This document shows, in pieces, positions 39,101 to 56,200 of a stretch of DNA of 64,000 bases. The notes beneath the pieces were generated by a model. It had not been told where the DNA came from and did not search any database. It saw nothing but the letters and a program-made list of their open reading frames with translations. Both the position numbers and the translations under genes were made by a program. This DNA is from Sphagnum compactum (lineage: Eukaryota). The stretch covers positions 12,152,001 through 12,216,000 of the forward strand of contig OZ234494.1 in the NCBI GenBank assembly GCA_965153455.1. The letters run 5' to 3'. The first letter of the stretch is position 1. Each line of letters begins with the position of its first letter.

Positions 39101-41906
39101 CTGCTGCAAAATTTGAGGATAAGTGGAAATAGTGCCGACCAGTAAAGGTGAGACAAAGTCATTGAAGCGATATGCAATTTCCAAGGGCTTGAGCTTCTCA
39201 ATATAAAGTTTCTTCAGGCCATCAATTATGGATGTCACTGATTTTGCTGGAATTGACTGCATCAAATGCAAAAATTAAGGATTTAAGAAGGGAGACTAAT
39301 ACTACAGCAAGGTATCACAGATCTCATAGTTGTCACATTGCATGTAGTTAGCATCACAGATCTCCTTGCTCTTCAGAGTTGTTAAACCATCTTTTTATGC
39401 TGAAAACCTAAATCTGGCCATGACTCATGAGGTTCACCATATCTTACCCACCAGAAAGCTCCAAGACAAGCACAATAGCATTTGGAAGAGTATATTCACT
39501 CAAGCCCCTCAGTCATGCTTACCTTTCGAGCTGCTTTCTGAGAGAACCACTGTGCAGATTGTGCCTGCAATTGTGGTGATGTTCCTGTAACACAGCAAAC
39601 CAAATTGCATTGTTAGGTTGAGGCGTGACAGATAAACCCTAAACAAGTCTCCTTCTAAAGCAAGAAGGTGAATCTTAAAACCCTGCCCTATAATTGCTAC
39701 ATTTCCACTTCTGTGTTCACAAGTCTGTGAATGGGGATGCTTACAAGTAAACATCAAAATAGAAGAAAGAAATAATACTCACCTAGGTGCTACAGTTTTA
39801 GAAGATGGAACACCAAGTGAAGAACGATGACATACCATTTGTGTGGACTAATGCATCAGATGATGGAGTTTGTTGTGGGCGTGCCATCTACATGGAGCAT
39901 AGGACCGACACTTCAGTGGAGTACATGTGCAGGATGCAACTCATTTTGAGACCACAATACCAGCACCTCCACTACCACATGGGAAAAAGGGGGCTTGATT
40001 AGGAAGAGCTTGCTGCTATGTGTCTGTGTGCACCCACAATTGCACTGTACCCATCATCAACAACTTCTTCCCAGAGCGCACCAGATAGAAACAGAGGTGG
40101 AACTCAGAGATCACAGCAGTTGTGAGCTTTCTTATGTTGATCCTCTCTGTCTACTGCCTTCTTCTCACAGTACATGTGTTTTGTGTGCTGAAATTTTTTG
40201 ACATGATTATGGTGATAACTTCTCAAGCAAATTGAAAGATTGGACACAATCTATGCAAGTTGCAATACCTCATCATGGCTTCTATGTGATCAAAGTACAT
40301 ATTTGATAAGAAGTTTTTCTACAGTTCCTGGAGGTCAAAGAGAGAAACTGTGGCCGGAGTTCCTTTTGGATCCTTCACAATGGGGTGATCACAGATCAGA
40401 GAAGGTAACTGAACATCAATCCTGTCAGGATTCACATGTCAATGGTGCCATAGCTCTTGTTGGTGTCAATCATGTTGCTCTATCTTGGTTGCTATCATGC
40501 CATGGTCTAAACTTTGGCAGAAATTCTTGTCAGCTCCTTTGCACTGGTGGGATAGATACAGATGATATCGAGTGAAGTATGACACAGCACAGTTTTGCTG
40601 CAACTGTTACTGCAACTACACAACACAAGTTTTGTAGAACAGGACATTGAACATATTGATATAGGTTCCTGATGTGAGAATAGAGCACATACAGATATAA
40701 GATCCTCCAAGCCCTCCATGTTGGGTGGACTGACATTTTCCAAGTCTACAGCCAAACATCCAATGCACAATGTCAGATCATCTCCTCACATTTGTAAAAC
40801 TCATGCATCATTGCAGTGATACAGATCCTCATTGTGTCATGGTCTCCCGTTTTCCATAGAACATAACAACAGCAATTATGTGAAGGAAAAATCTCCCATC
40901 ATCACCCATAAAAGTTCCTCATAGTGATGGTGCTGATGGCAAGTTTGAAATGGATACTTCAGATCAGTATGCTTCTAAAATGGGCATGCTCTCTAGATTG
41001 ACAATGGTGTAAAGATTGAAAAATCTACCCGCATTCTTGAGCATATCGGAACTAATTTCCTGGCCTGTCTGTCCCATTGATATCACCTGCAACCACATTG
41101 TCCCATCCTTGCTGACATATCAATAAAAAAATTGCACCTTCCACCTTTTGCATTAACATAACCTCTGTGACCAGGTAAAAAAAAGCAAAAACATATGGTT
41201 GAAATGCACTAGCCTGCATTGCTGTTATAAATTCCTTGAAGCCAAGAAACCCCTGCCGCTTGACATCAGCAACTGCCCATACCTACCATCACCACACTTG
41301 CAATGGCATTGGTTAAGCTCAACATTAGCTGCTGTGCACACGATTCTATTTGCAACTTCACTAGATTTTCATGGACCAAGTTAAGCATGGCTCAGTCTGC
41401 AAAACATGGTCCACGCATTCAGCTTATACCCTAGACTTCAACCAAATTGCTTAAGCCCATTGTTCCCATAGTATAAGCTTGCAAGGTCAAGTATATAGTC
41501 GATGAATTGTGGAGAGTAACAAAGGGCATGCATCACTGTATACAACAAAAGAATTCCAAAATAATTTTGGCATGCCAAGGAAAAGAAAAACCTTCCCATA
41601 AACAAACCTGCTTAAGGTCTGCCCTCGGAAGCTGCGACAGGGAGAAGAACTTGACTGCATCTGGCCCTGTGAGCCTTCCATCAGCATCTGCAACATGAAC
41701 ATCAACATCCAGATCACATACCGAATGCATTTCATACCGTTCTGCGTTAGGGTACAGACTGCCAAAGAAAATAGATGGAGAAAGAGATGCGAGAAACAGT
41801 TGTGAGAATCATTCATGCACAAACCCTAATTTTAAAGCTGTGGAGTAAAAGAGACCACAATCCAGCTAAAACGTCCTGAACCTCCATCAAAGCCATTGCA
41901 AAAAAC

Positions 41907-41962
<56 letters not shown>

Positions 41963-42052
41963 CATACCTGTGTCTGCAAATTCAAACCAGCGCTTGTACA
42001 AGGGCTCATCCTGCTTAGAATAGTTGGCGGATCTGATGGACAAGATATCCAT
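36181..42052 (-). CDS. EHD1: EH domain-containing protein (plant EHD1/2 type, dynamin-related ATPase), 16 exons, ~548 aa
   Basis: Exons (5'->3') are 42052-41968, 41687-41608, 41282-41214, 41086-41029, 40745-40693, 39887-39836, 39584-39523, 39256-39140, 39031-38929, 38821-38772, 38636-38508, 38110-37859, 37253-37174, 36970-36844, 36739-36596 and 36366-36181. The N-terminal EH domain reads DTDADGRL...LKQVWAVAD. Also present are the P-loop GQYSTGKT, GPEPTTDRF, DTPGVLSGEKQR, LNKAD and the C-terminus FRNPYD*. Exons 6-7 (linker) are the least certain. Confidence 0.95.
41909..41958. repeat. (GA)n microsatellite in EHD intron 1
   Basis: About 25 GA units near the 5' splice site of intron 1. Confidence 0.95.
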
Positions 42053-42460
42053 CTTTCACCAAAACTCGCTCTCCTTATTTCTGTGTCTTCTTTCCTTCTT
42101 TTTTCCCCGCGCTTCTACTAGTACTATGACTACTATTACGACTACTACTACTAAGCTTTTTGTGTGTGTTTTGCTCACAAAAAAACACACAGACAACACA
42201 AATATCACAGCTGCAAATCGCCCAAAAATTCCAACAACAAAGAAAGGTCTGATGAGATCAGCTTGCTTGGTGCTAGCCTTACCTCTGTGTTCTTCTTCCG
42301 GGCATTTTTAAAAAAGGAAAAAGAAAAAAGAAATTTCACTAAAACGAGTTTTTTCCCACACGTCTTTGTTTGTTGCCACTTGCCCACCTATTTGGCCCTA
42401 AAACCCTCCTCCCACTTTTAATTTAGTAGGCGCAGGTGTCAATGTCCCAGAGACACACCC

Positions 42461-42575
42461 CCCTAGGGTTTCCCTAGGGGTTTGTGGGGATTCATTACCC
42501 ATTCTGCACAGCACAGCCCCCTAGGGTTTGCAATGTCCCTAGGGTCCCCCGTCGGGATTAATTACCCCTAGGGTT
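42461..42575. promoter_or_regulatory. Cluster of CCCTAGGG palindromes / telo-box-like motifs upstream of EHD
   Basis: CCCTAGGG occurs at 42461, 42472, 42519, 42538 and 42566. Three of these continue as TAGGGTTT, the reverse complement of the telo-box AAACCCTA. Function is inferred. Confidence 0.45.
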
Positions 42576-42616
42576 TGCAATACCCCTCAGGTTTGTGGGT
42601 TTGCAGGTGTTTCACT

Positions 42617-43034
42617 CACCCTGCTAAGAAAACCGGATCCGGTTTTCATTCCGGGTCTCAGTGAGAACCGGAGACGAGAACTGCCATGAGAACCGGAACG
42701 AAGGTTCTCATTGGAGGCGAGAACCGTCCAGTTCTCGCCTTTTGCGAAGGGTCCCCGTTCCCGCCTGTCGGTCCCTATGAGAACCGGACCGGTTCTCACG
42801 TTTCGAGAAGGGTCCGGTTCTCATGGTGAAAAATAAAAAGTGAAGAATATGAGAGTTATGTGGAAAGTCATGCCCTGTGAGAACTGCTGACCCTGAAAAC
42901 TGAATTTTTAAAAAAAAATTCTGAAAATCGAGGTGGTTCTCAGAATGAGAATTTTTAAAAAAAGAACCAGGGCGGTTCTCAGAACCTGCCTCAATAACCG
43001 GAACCGACGGTTCTCAAGAAACCGCCCAACACTG
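42617..43034. mobile_element. GAGAACC/GGTTCTC motif-rich non-autonomous element (hAT-like end)
   Basis: At least 10 GAGAAC(C)/GGTTCTC motifs occur in both orientations. The right end AACACTG is the reverse complement of a CAGTGTT hAT-like terminus. No matching left TIR or TSD was found. Confidence 0.4.
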
Positions 43035-44377
43035 ATAAAGACTGCAGAATTGATGTTAGGTTTTATTTTGTCACACATTTTGAGGGAATGTTCTCACCAC
43101 ATGTTACTTTCTCATTTGGTCGGTCACATGTTTGTTTTGAGGAAAGTTCATCAAGTGTTATTGTGAAGTGTGTGATTTTCATCATTCGGAACTTTGTGGA
43201 ACATAATAACTATCTCTCATGAGAATCTTGAGGCTTTGATTGGCTGTGTCAGGTTGCAAGTTACAACCCTAAACCCTAAACCCATAACCTTTTTTACCTT
43301 CATTTCAATTGCAACCTTTTATAGTTAGCATGTAGAGTTTTTAAGTGTTAGACTCAAAAGCTTGAATGCAAGAATGGACAAAATTATTCCGTTGTGAACA
43401 TTCAAATGATCAAATTTTTTGTTTGAACCAAATGCAAATGATTTATTTTAGTTCATGTGTAGAAACTTCATCTTCCCATGCATGACCATCAAACAAGGCA
43501 CTCTGACCTCATAAAGTCCAAACCCTAGGGTTTACACTTGGGTTGAAGCTATTGGAAATGCGAGGCTGATGATCTTGGCTCCACCTTGTGTAGGGCCCAA
43601 AATATTTGGAAAGCCCTATGACCCTAAACCCTAAAAAAAAAGACAGAAAAACACCACATGAAAACCCTCTTACCTATTATGGAATGTGCTGGGTATAGGC
43701 CATTGTGGCTGTAAAGGTGCATCTGAGGAATTTGGGCAAGCCCATTAGTGGTGAGTCAAAACTTTGAAGTGGGCAGCAAAACAGACACAATGGCTTGTAC
43801 AGGGCATGTTCCATAGTAATGGTCATCTTATGTTTTTGTGTGGGTTCTTACATTTTCATAAGGGCCCGTTGTTTTTTCTTTGCGGTTAATATGTGTACCC
43901 GTTTGAGCAGTCATTACTGGCGGCAAGGCCCTCGAATGGGCACGTTTACCAGAATTCAGCGCTGCCCTCAACTGCTGCCTCGGTCGGGTGCCTTATTATT
44001 CGGGTAACATCCCCCAAAGCACCATCAATTAAAACCCCATTTTTGGGTGGACAAAATCTCCATGCAACAAGACACACACGCACACGTAGGGCGCTTGTTG
44101 TATACTGCGAACACAAACAGAGAATTTACGGAAAAACGTTCGCTATTATTATAAAGTACGTAACGTTGTCAGTTGTTTACTTCTTGCTTTGCTTTTGCTT
44201 CTTGAAACACTAGTTAGTGTAGCAAGAAAACAATAACTTCCCTGTTTTTAAGTTTTGTTTCATTTGGACGCGCTTGCTTGCATTTGTCGATTAAAATCTG
44301 TTTTTCCCTTCATCTTGTTCCATCTTTTGTGGATAATTTTTACTTTTTTTAGTCTGCGGCTGCTGCTGCCACAAGCA

Positions 44378-48640
<4,263 letters not shown>

Positions 48641-51600
48641 TATGGCCATAGTTGTAAGTTCAGAGAGCAGCACGCTACAAGAGAGTTGGTGCAAACATTG
48701 GGAAAACTGCAACCATGTGTACGTGACCTTAACAACAAACTCTGTGCTGCTGGTCCAAGTTTTGCTCCAAAACTTTTTGTTCATGTATTTGCACATTATA
48801 CTGTCACATGCATGTGTCCATAAACATGTGACAGACAAATGAAGCAAATAGCAATGTTTGGTCTTAACCATATGTTTGAAACGTATGACTTCTGTCATGT
48901 GATCTGGTGTACCGTTGGTTTGTAGCTCATTGAACAGATGTCTTCTTCCGTATCCATGCCTAGCTTATGGCTTTTGTATTCCAGAAACATGCTAATGATT
49001 ATCTATATGTGTGATATTTGTTTCTCTTCACTGTGTCACATATTCCAAAGAACTGATCTCTCAAATTTAGTACTATATGTCGGTATGTCATTGGTGTCAG
49101 TGAGAGTGAATGAACAGCCAGCAACACACCATCCATTGGAAGCCTGTTATTGTTCAGGTATGGATGAACCCCAAGTGAGTTGACACCAGGTTTCACCTTG
49201 GTAACTTATCCTGTAAAAATAGGAAGGTAGGTAGCAATATAGGTGGCTATTCCGTAAGTAGATGTGTGCAGAGGTGAGTTATTAGTAGGTTAGCAGTAAA
49301 ATTAGAATGTGGTTAGATAGGGAAATAGAATCCAATGGAAAAGAGTGTTTCCTGCCCACCACCCATCATCCATCCCTCATAGTGAGCTTAGGGTTGATGG
49401 AGGAGCTCCACATTTGGCTGGCACAATTTCCTAGTTATTCAATCCTTTTTGTGTACTGTGGAAGGTGCCCCCAGTTTCACCTCGGAACATGGCAAGCCCA
49501 GTAGGGCGAGTTGCTGTATTGTTGGGTGGTAATTGGCTGTTCCAAAGCATGTAACTGGTAATTCTCCACTGTTAATTCACATCTCAGAAGGTTTTCTGAA
49601 GGCTCATTTAGTAGATTTCAAGTTGGGTCATTCAGATCGCAAGTGACTGCACCAAAAGTGGAACCGCTGACAAATGGCTGCCTGTCCCACCGTTGGAAAA
49701 AGCCTGAAGAAGAACTGTCTGAATGTTGTGGAGTTGGATGTTGTCACCTGTTCAATAACCTTGTTTATAGTTTTTGCCTCTTTTCGGCTTTGCTCCACCA
49801 CATTCCACACCTCTTCTTGCACACACACACCTCTTCCACCATGACCAGGTCTTAGGTCTTACCACTCCTTGCAAGAATTGGATTTTTGCACATCTTCTAA
49901 TGTTTGAAATTTTTTATTTGATGTGGTTAAAGAATGGGTCAAAAAAATTCAATTCTAACTTGCTTCGAATTGGTGTGTTGTTTCAATCAGAGCATTGAAG
50001 ATTGTATAACATATGAAGTGTAGCAAACACTGAAGCGTAGTAGAGTGAAAATTGTAGCAACATGAAAGTATTATTGCAAAGTAAAAATCAAAGATTGTAA
50101 TAAAATAGACCAAGCAAAAGGATTTTAACTGATTATTACATATACTTTTGAATCACTGGCTTTCAGAGCTGTTTGGATCCATGGTGTGCAACTTGGTAGA
50201 AATGGTAAGTTAGAAGACCGTGTACAAGTTGTTACAAATGCTTAAACATTGCATATGAATATATGAGTTATCATGGAAGCTCTACCCCAGAAACAATATG
50301 TAGGAGAGCAATCTACTAGAGTGGTCCCCTTGAATTTTCCTGTGTATTGTTTTCATCCTGAGAACTTCTCATTTAACCTTATTTTAGGGTACTTTTATGG
50401 AGAACTCTAATAATGCATTAACTTTGCAAAATAAGCCTTTAAAATTAGGGCTGCCTTAAATCCTATGGAGTTCTTCTGGCCTCCTTTACTCCCAGAAAAA
50501 GAGGAAGGTGGAAAGAGAATTTTGTTTTCTTTTTGGGGTAGGGTTTGTAGAAAAGAAGGGGAAAAAATGAGATGAAAGGAAAAAAGAGAAGAAGGGAAAG
50601 AGAGAAAATGGGTTACCTAAAACAAGGCTTTGACTAAACAACAAATGGAAATTTTTTACAAATGCATGAAGCATTAAACGCACGTGGATGGAATTGATCA
50701 CAAAGTTCATGGATGGATGAAATGTGACATGTAAATGAAAATTAATTTTTGGATGAATTTTTTTAATTCAAATAAAGATTTTACCTTATATTGTGTGAAT
50801 AAAATGGTCTTTGTAGACAATTCATAACTTGCATGTATTTGGTCATATGGATAGAATTTTATGACGGATGAAATTATGTTTTACTTCCATATGTTAATTA
50901 TTGTGCTAGTTTTGTCAAAACGATTTCGATTTGGGTCCAAGTCACAAGAACTTGAACATGAATCCCGCATGTTTAACCATGCAAACTTTGGGAACTTGCC
51001 GACACTAATAAGAACCAGCAACCAAATGTGCGATGATCATCCAAAATAGGGATGGAACTCTTGATAATTATTTGTGTAGTTCATAAGACTCATTAATCAC
51101 AATTTTTAGAAAATCAAAGAATTATTTTTTGGTATACGACCATGATTTTTCCAAAAAATTGCAAAAAAATCAAATGATTGTCTATAGAAAAGTGCTCTTT
51201 CATGAAAACCATAAAAACTTTCAAGATTTTGAAAAAAAATTGAATTGACAATTTTCTAATTCTAATATTTTTTAAAGATTGAAACCGAGGATTATGATCA
51301 AAATCAAAGATCAGCCCAACAATAAAAATCCTTTATTATTCCATTGAGTATCATGGGAAAGAATGCAATAAGCAATAAGTTTTCCATAAAAGAAGGAAAA
51401 CACAAAGCATTGTTTAATAAGAAAGTTCACAGCTCGATGAGTGAAAATAATTACGACTATTTCCCCTTTTAACTTCATGAAAGTGTAATTAGTTCTAGTT
51501 TTTACCTAATTAGTATTCATAAATTACAACTGATTTTCGACGAAATTTAATTTTTCATAGGACAAGTTGATTTGTTTTTTTTTTTTTTTTTGGGGGATTC

Positions 51601-51990
51601 TACTATACCGAAACTTCAAGAGAATTGAACCTTGCACCTTTTTTACATGTTACAACCAATTTTCATCTCTAAATGTTAGAAAATTCAGAACTACACTATT
51701 TGCCTTGACATTTTGGGCTACCTCAACAATTTTGAAAAATGTAAAAAATCTAAAACCATACTTACTTAACTTATGATGTCGAAATTCTAAAATATTGAAA
51801 TTCTAAAAATGAGGTTGTCGGACTCGATTTTTCTCCAAAAAAATGAAATGTTAATTAATTTAACAAGAGTTATCAATTATCAAAATCGTAGGTACGATAC
51901 ACGTCAATCTTTTGTTGAATATAAAAATAATTTGAAAAACAAAAAAAAAGGGATGTCAAATTGAGTTTTTGAAAGTTAATTATGTACCTC

Positions 51991-52400
51991 ACTAGGTACC
52001 TACTACCTACTAACCCCCTAAGTTCAAATTCCAGCCTCCAGGAATGCCAACTAGGTACCTACTCCCTACTAACCCCCCTAAGTTCAAATTCCAGCCTCCA
52101 GGAATGCCAACTAGGTACCTACTACCTACTAACCCCCCTAAGTTCAAATTCCAGCCTCCAGGAATGCTACCAGGTACCTACTCCCTACTAACCTACTAGG
52201 TACCTACTACCAACTAACCCCCTAAGTTCTAATTCCAGGCTCCAGGAATGCTACCAGGTACCTACTCCCTACTAACCTACTAAGTTCAAATTCCAGCCTC
52301 CAGGAATGCTAGTAGGTACCTACTACCTATTAACCCCCTAAGTTCAAATTCCAGCGTCCCGGCATGCTACTAGGTACCTATATTAGACCTACTAGGTACA
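51991..52400 (+). repeat. ~60-bp minisatellite, ~6 copies
   Basis: The core AGTTCAAATTCCAGCCTCCAGGAATGC occurs at ~52021, 52081, 52141, 52225, 52283 and 52341. It alternates with TAGGTACCTACT(A/C)CCTACTAACCCCC. Confidence 0.93.
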
Positions 52401-52489
52401 GCCTACTGCCTACTAGACTGCCATAGCTTCTCGTGTCGGAATCTACCGCACGAGAGGCACTCTTCGCAGCTCTCTTGTAGAATTCGTTT

Positions 52490-52643
52490 GTAGCAAAATC
52501 CGTTTGTGAAGTTGCTGGATTGATGAAGTTGATGAAGCTGCATAAGTGGGGAGCATCGGGAGCAGGTGAAAGAGAATAATAAGTATCGGAAGAAGCAGAG
52601 GGGTTGAAGAAGGATAAGAAGAGGCGGAAAATGAAGCAGTTTT

Positions 52644-52678
<35 letters not shown>

Positions 52679-53165
52679 GGGGCCGCAAATCCGTTTTTTG
52701 AGGTTGCTGATTGATGGGAGTTGATGAAGCGGCAGGCAGCGTCGGCGGCGGGAACAGCTGAAAGAGAATAATAAGCATCTGAAGAAGCAGAGGAGTTGAA
52801 GGAGAAGAAAGAACAAGAACAAGTGGAGGTGGAAAATGGAGCAGTTTCGGGAGAGTTTTTGCCGCAATTGTTTTTGAGGTTGCTGATTGATGGATTTGAT
52901 GAAGTAGCAGCAGCAGTAGCATCGGGAGGAGCAGAGCGAGAATAAGGATCAGAAGGAGCAGAGGAGTTGAAGAAGAAGAAGAAGAAGAAGAAGAAGAGGC
53001 GGAAAATGGAGGAGCTTCGGAAGCGGAAGAAGGAGAATAAGGATAGGAAGAAGCAGAGGAGTTGAAGAAGAAGAAAATGGAGTTGATGAAGCAGCAGCAG
53101 CATCGCGAGCGCAAGAAAGGAGAGTAAGCATCACAAGAACCAGAGGAGCAGAAGAAGAAGAAGTG
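52490..53165 (+). repeat. Degenerate purine-rich tandem repeat (3-4 units) with poly-T and (GAA)n, upstream of callose synthase
   Basis: TTGATGAAG, GAGAATAA, AGCAGAGG(A/G)GTTGAAG and GAAAATG recur in the same order. Poly-T is at 52651-52678 and the GAA run at ~52968-52996. Confidence 0.8.
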
Positions 53166-53269
53166 TGGTGTCTGCTCTACTTGCTTCAGGAGACAGACAG
53201 GGAGGCAATTGGAGGGAGGCTTTGAACTTCTGGGAGGGAAAAGGCGACTGCTCCGACGGACCTGCGGAA

Positions 53270-56200
53270 ATGGAGGGTCCTGCGTATAACATCCTCCCAT
53301 TGGAGGGTCCTGCGATGATCGAGAATGCCGCCATGAACTTTCCCGAGGTACGTTGAGACGTTGGAGACGTCGAGCATGTGTTTGAGAAGCGGGTATTATA
53401 GAGTTGATGGTAGCTAGCGTGAGTTGCAGCAGCTTGGCACACGTTCACAGAGCCAACATCAAAGTTTTTCTGCTTTTTTCTTTTTTTTGCAGGTGCAAGC
53501 AGCTATTGCCGCATTGAGGGCTGTTGGTGAATTGAGTATCCCACCAGAGTTGATGTGGAACCCAGACATGGATTTGCTAGACTGGCTTGGTGCCTTGTTT
53601 GGCTTTCAGGTGAGGGTTTTACCAATTGATGACCTGAATTTGCAGCAAAAGAATCTCCTTGATGTGAGTCCTGTCCCACTAGGTCTCTGATGGGAGGTAG
53701 TTTTGTTGTCTTGCAGAGAGATAATGTCAGAAATCAGCGGGAGCATCTGGTTCTTCTTCTAGCCAATGCGCAGATGCAATTATATCAAGATGGGATGTCA
53801 TGGGACAAGGTAAGTTTAAGGCATGCCACTTTCTGTTCCTTTCAGAGGTTTTGGTGTCATCATCACCATTAGTTTCCATGGAGTGGAATGTATATGAGTT
53901 TCTCCTTCTCCCAAATATATTGCTTCAGTCTGTATCCATTCAGTGTTTTTAGGGTTAGGGATGATGCTGCAATGATCACTGCTCTTCATTGTGCGGCACT
54001 GGGACAGCCATCCAATGTGGTAGGTTCTGACAATTCAGGTCTTGGAAGAGTTGGCTTCAAATTTTGTAGTTTTTGTGCTCCAATTGGATCTGCAGGGTGG
54101 CCATTTAAACATAAAACGAGTCCGCCTGTGGGAAACTCTCTCTCCTCTGTACATGAGATAGCTGCAGGGATTGTGCTCTACCCATCAAAATTTGAAGTTT
54201 GCCTTGTTGTGTTGCAGCTTGATGAGAATATGATCAAAAGGATTCGTAAGAAGGTGACAGAGAATTACATCTCTTGGTGCAGGTTTGTGAGGAAGAAACA
54301 CAATTTGAGGTGAGGTCACATCTCAGAACACTGTACCATTTGGATTTCCTTTGCAGGAAAATGTGGCAGTTTTTTTAGTAAATATTGCTCGGTTTGTCTG
54401 ACGTTGACCCCCACCCACTGCTGGGAGCTAATGAAGTCAGTGGGGATGTTATGGTGGCCGGTCAATACCATTGATGTTTCTGTTGAAGTTCTCTTAACAT
54501 GTGTGTGACTGTCGCACTCTCTCAGTTTCAGTTTCATTTCCTCTTTTCTTTGGGGTTGGATTTCCTTGTCACCTGTTTGCTAATATACCATTGGATCCGC
54601 ATCTCTATAACCTTATTGTCAGTTCATCTCTCCTAAATTGTGAGTAGAGAGAAGTTCTCAGTAGTTCTGAAGATACTTTAGGATATAGTGCTTCAAGACT
54701 ATATGTTGGTCTAGAACCCAATTTCTAGGCTGCTGTGATTCCAGTGTGTTCTTAATTTTGAGAGCACATCCCAATTGTAGAGTAGACTGTCATATGTAAG
54801 CATCAGTTGAAGGTCCTGGTTTGTTTGTAGTGCTAATGTTCCACATTCTGAGGCTACAGTCAGGATATGTATGTGTGGCTTGAGTTTGTGTTCTATAGGA
54901 AGCCACCAGTGTGTCATTTATGGTGAAAGGTTCTAACTTCTGGTTATAGCACTAATAAGGGCCATTTGTGTTGTAAAGGGGACTTGATGGAAAGCACCAA
55001 CCGTTTAATGGAAGGCGAGAGTTGCTCTATACATCTTTGTTTCTGCTCATATGGGGAGAGGCAGCCAACCTAAGGTTCATGCCTGAGTGTCTTTGTTTCA
55101 TCTTCCACAATGTAATCTCATCTTCTTCCCTAGCTTAGACATGATGTCAGTCGTTTTATTTTTGTTTGCTGATTTCTTGCTACACAGTCCACTATGAATA
55201 AACCTCATCAAAACTGAGCAATTGGGGGATGTTGTCTGTATTTCAATTCACAGGATGTTGTGTGCACCTTTGGTTGCTGCTCTTCCTAGTGTTTTTGGAA
55301 AACACTTTTACTTCATTGGAGATCTACTCCATGTTAACAATTAGTGGGTTTGGGTTCTTGTTGTTCAGATGGCCAATGAGCTCAATAAGATGCTGGATGA
55401 GGACCCAACAGCGAGGCCTGCCTATGGTCAACCAAACGGTTTCTTAATAGGAGTTGTTGTGCCGCTCTATAATGTTGTGAAAGCGGTGTGTGGTTACTTC
55501 CATCTTCTGTCATCATGGTCATTGGTTTTGTTGAGTGTTGGACCCCCAGGGGGTTGGAAGTTCAAGCCACTTTAAAATGAATATTTGCATCATACAAAAA
55601 GCATTGATGTTTTTTTTCGTATTTTGCTTGAATAGAGCTTCCATGGTACTGCAGGAGACAGAGTCAAACAATAATGGGACAGCTCCTCATTCTTCATGGC
55701 GCAACTATGATGACCTCAACGAGTACTTCTGGTACCTGACACACAGATCTGTTTTTAGTTCCAGTTTATATAGTTTGAGTGATCAAGGGTGCATTTCTAT
55801 GATTGCATTCACTGCACATGTCATACTGTTGGGAAGAGAGGCATAGTGCCTGATTCTGCTGCATCACATGTGCAAAGTTATCTTATTGTCAAAGTTGACT
55901 TCTCTGACGTGTACATGATTCAATTGAGCTCAATGGCAAATTCCTGAGTATTAATCTTCTTGTTGATGCCATTGGTTTTGTCACTTGTGTTGTTCAGATC
56001 ATGGCATCTGTGCTGCAGGTGTTTAAGCCAAACAGTTCATGAGCAGGTGCTGAAATTATTTAGTAGATGTGCACACATGTGACATATCATGTACCTGTAT
56101 GCAGGAGCTCAAGATGTTTCACACAGCTGCGATGGCCATTGGATAGGGGTTGCAATTACCTTGTAGAGCCCTGGAAGGATAAGGTAGGGAGCATGTTTGC

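Noticed and set aside
39890..40690. Extra exon or nested gene in EHD intron 5
   Set aside because: The EHD frame closes at the normal length without it, and the short ORFs there have no recognisable motif.
44156..44352. Possible 5' UTR intron of MDAR (GTACGT...TTTTTTTAG)
   Set aside because: The splice signals are plausible but cannot be confirmed without transcript data.
49400..49860. Short ORFs downstream of MDAR
   Set aside because: No recognisable domain or splice structure. Possibly a TE remnant, but unsupported.
51991..52400. CRISPR-like array (constant core with intervening sequence)
   Set aside because: The intervening parts are themselves repeated rather than unique spacers. There are no cas genes and the context is eukaryotic, so this is a minisatellite.
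52378..53300. Long minus-strand ORFs of 154-285 aa
   Set aside because: These are low-complexity S/F/L/P translations of the GAA-rich repeat. The pyrimidine-rich strand lacks stops by composition.
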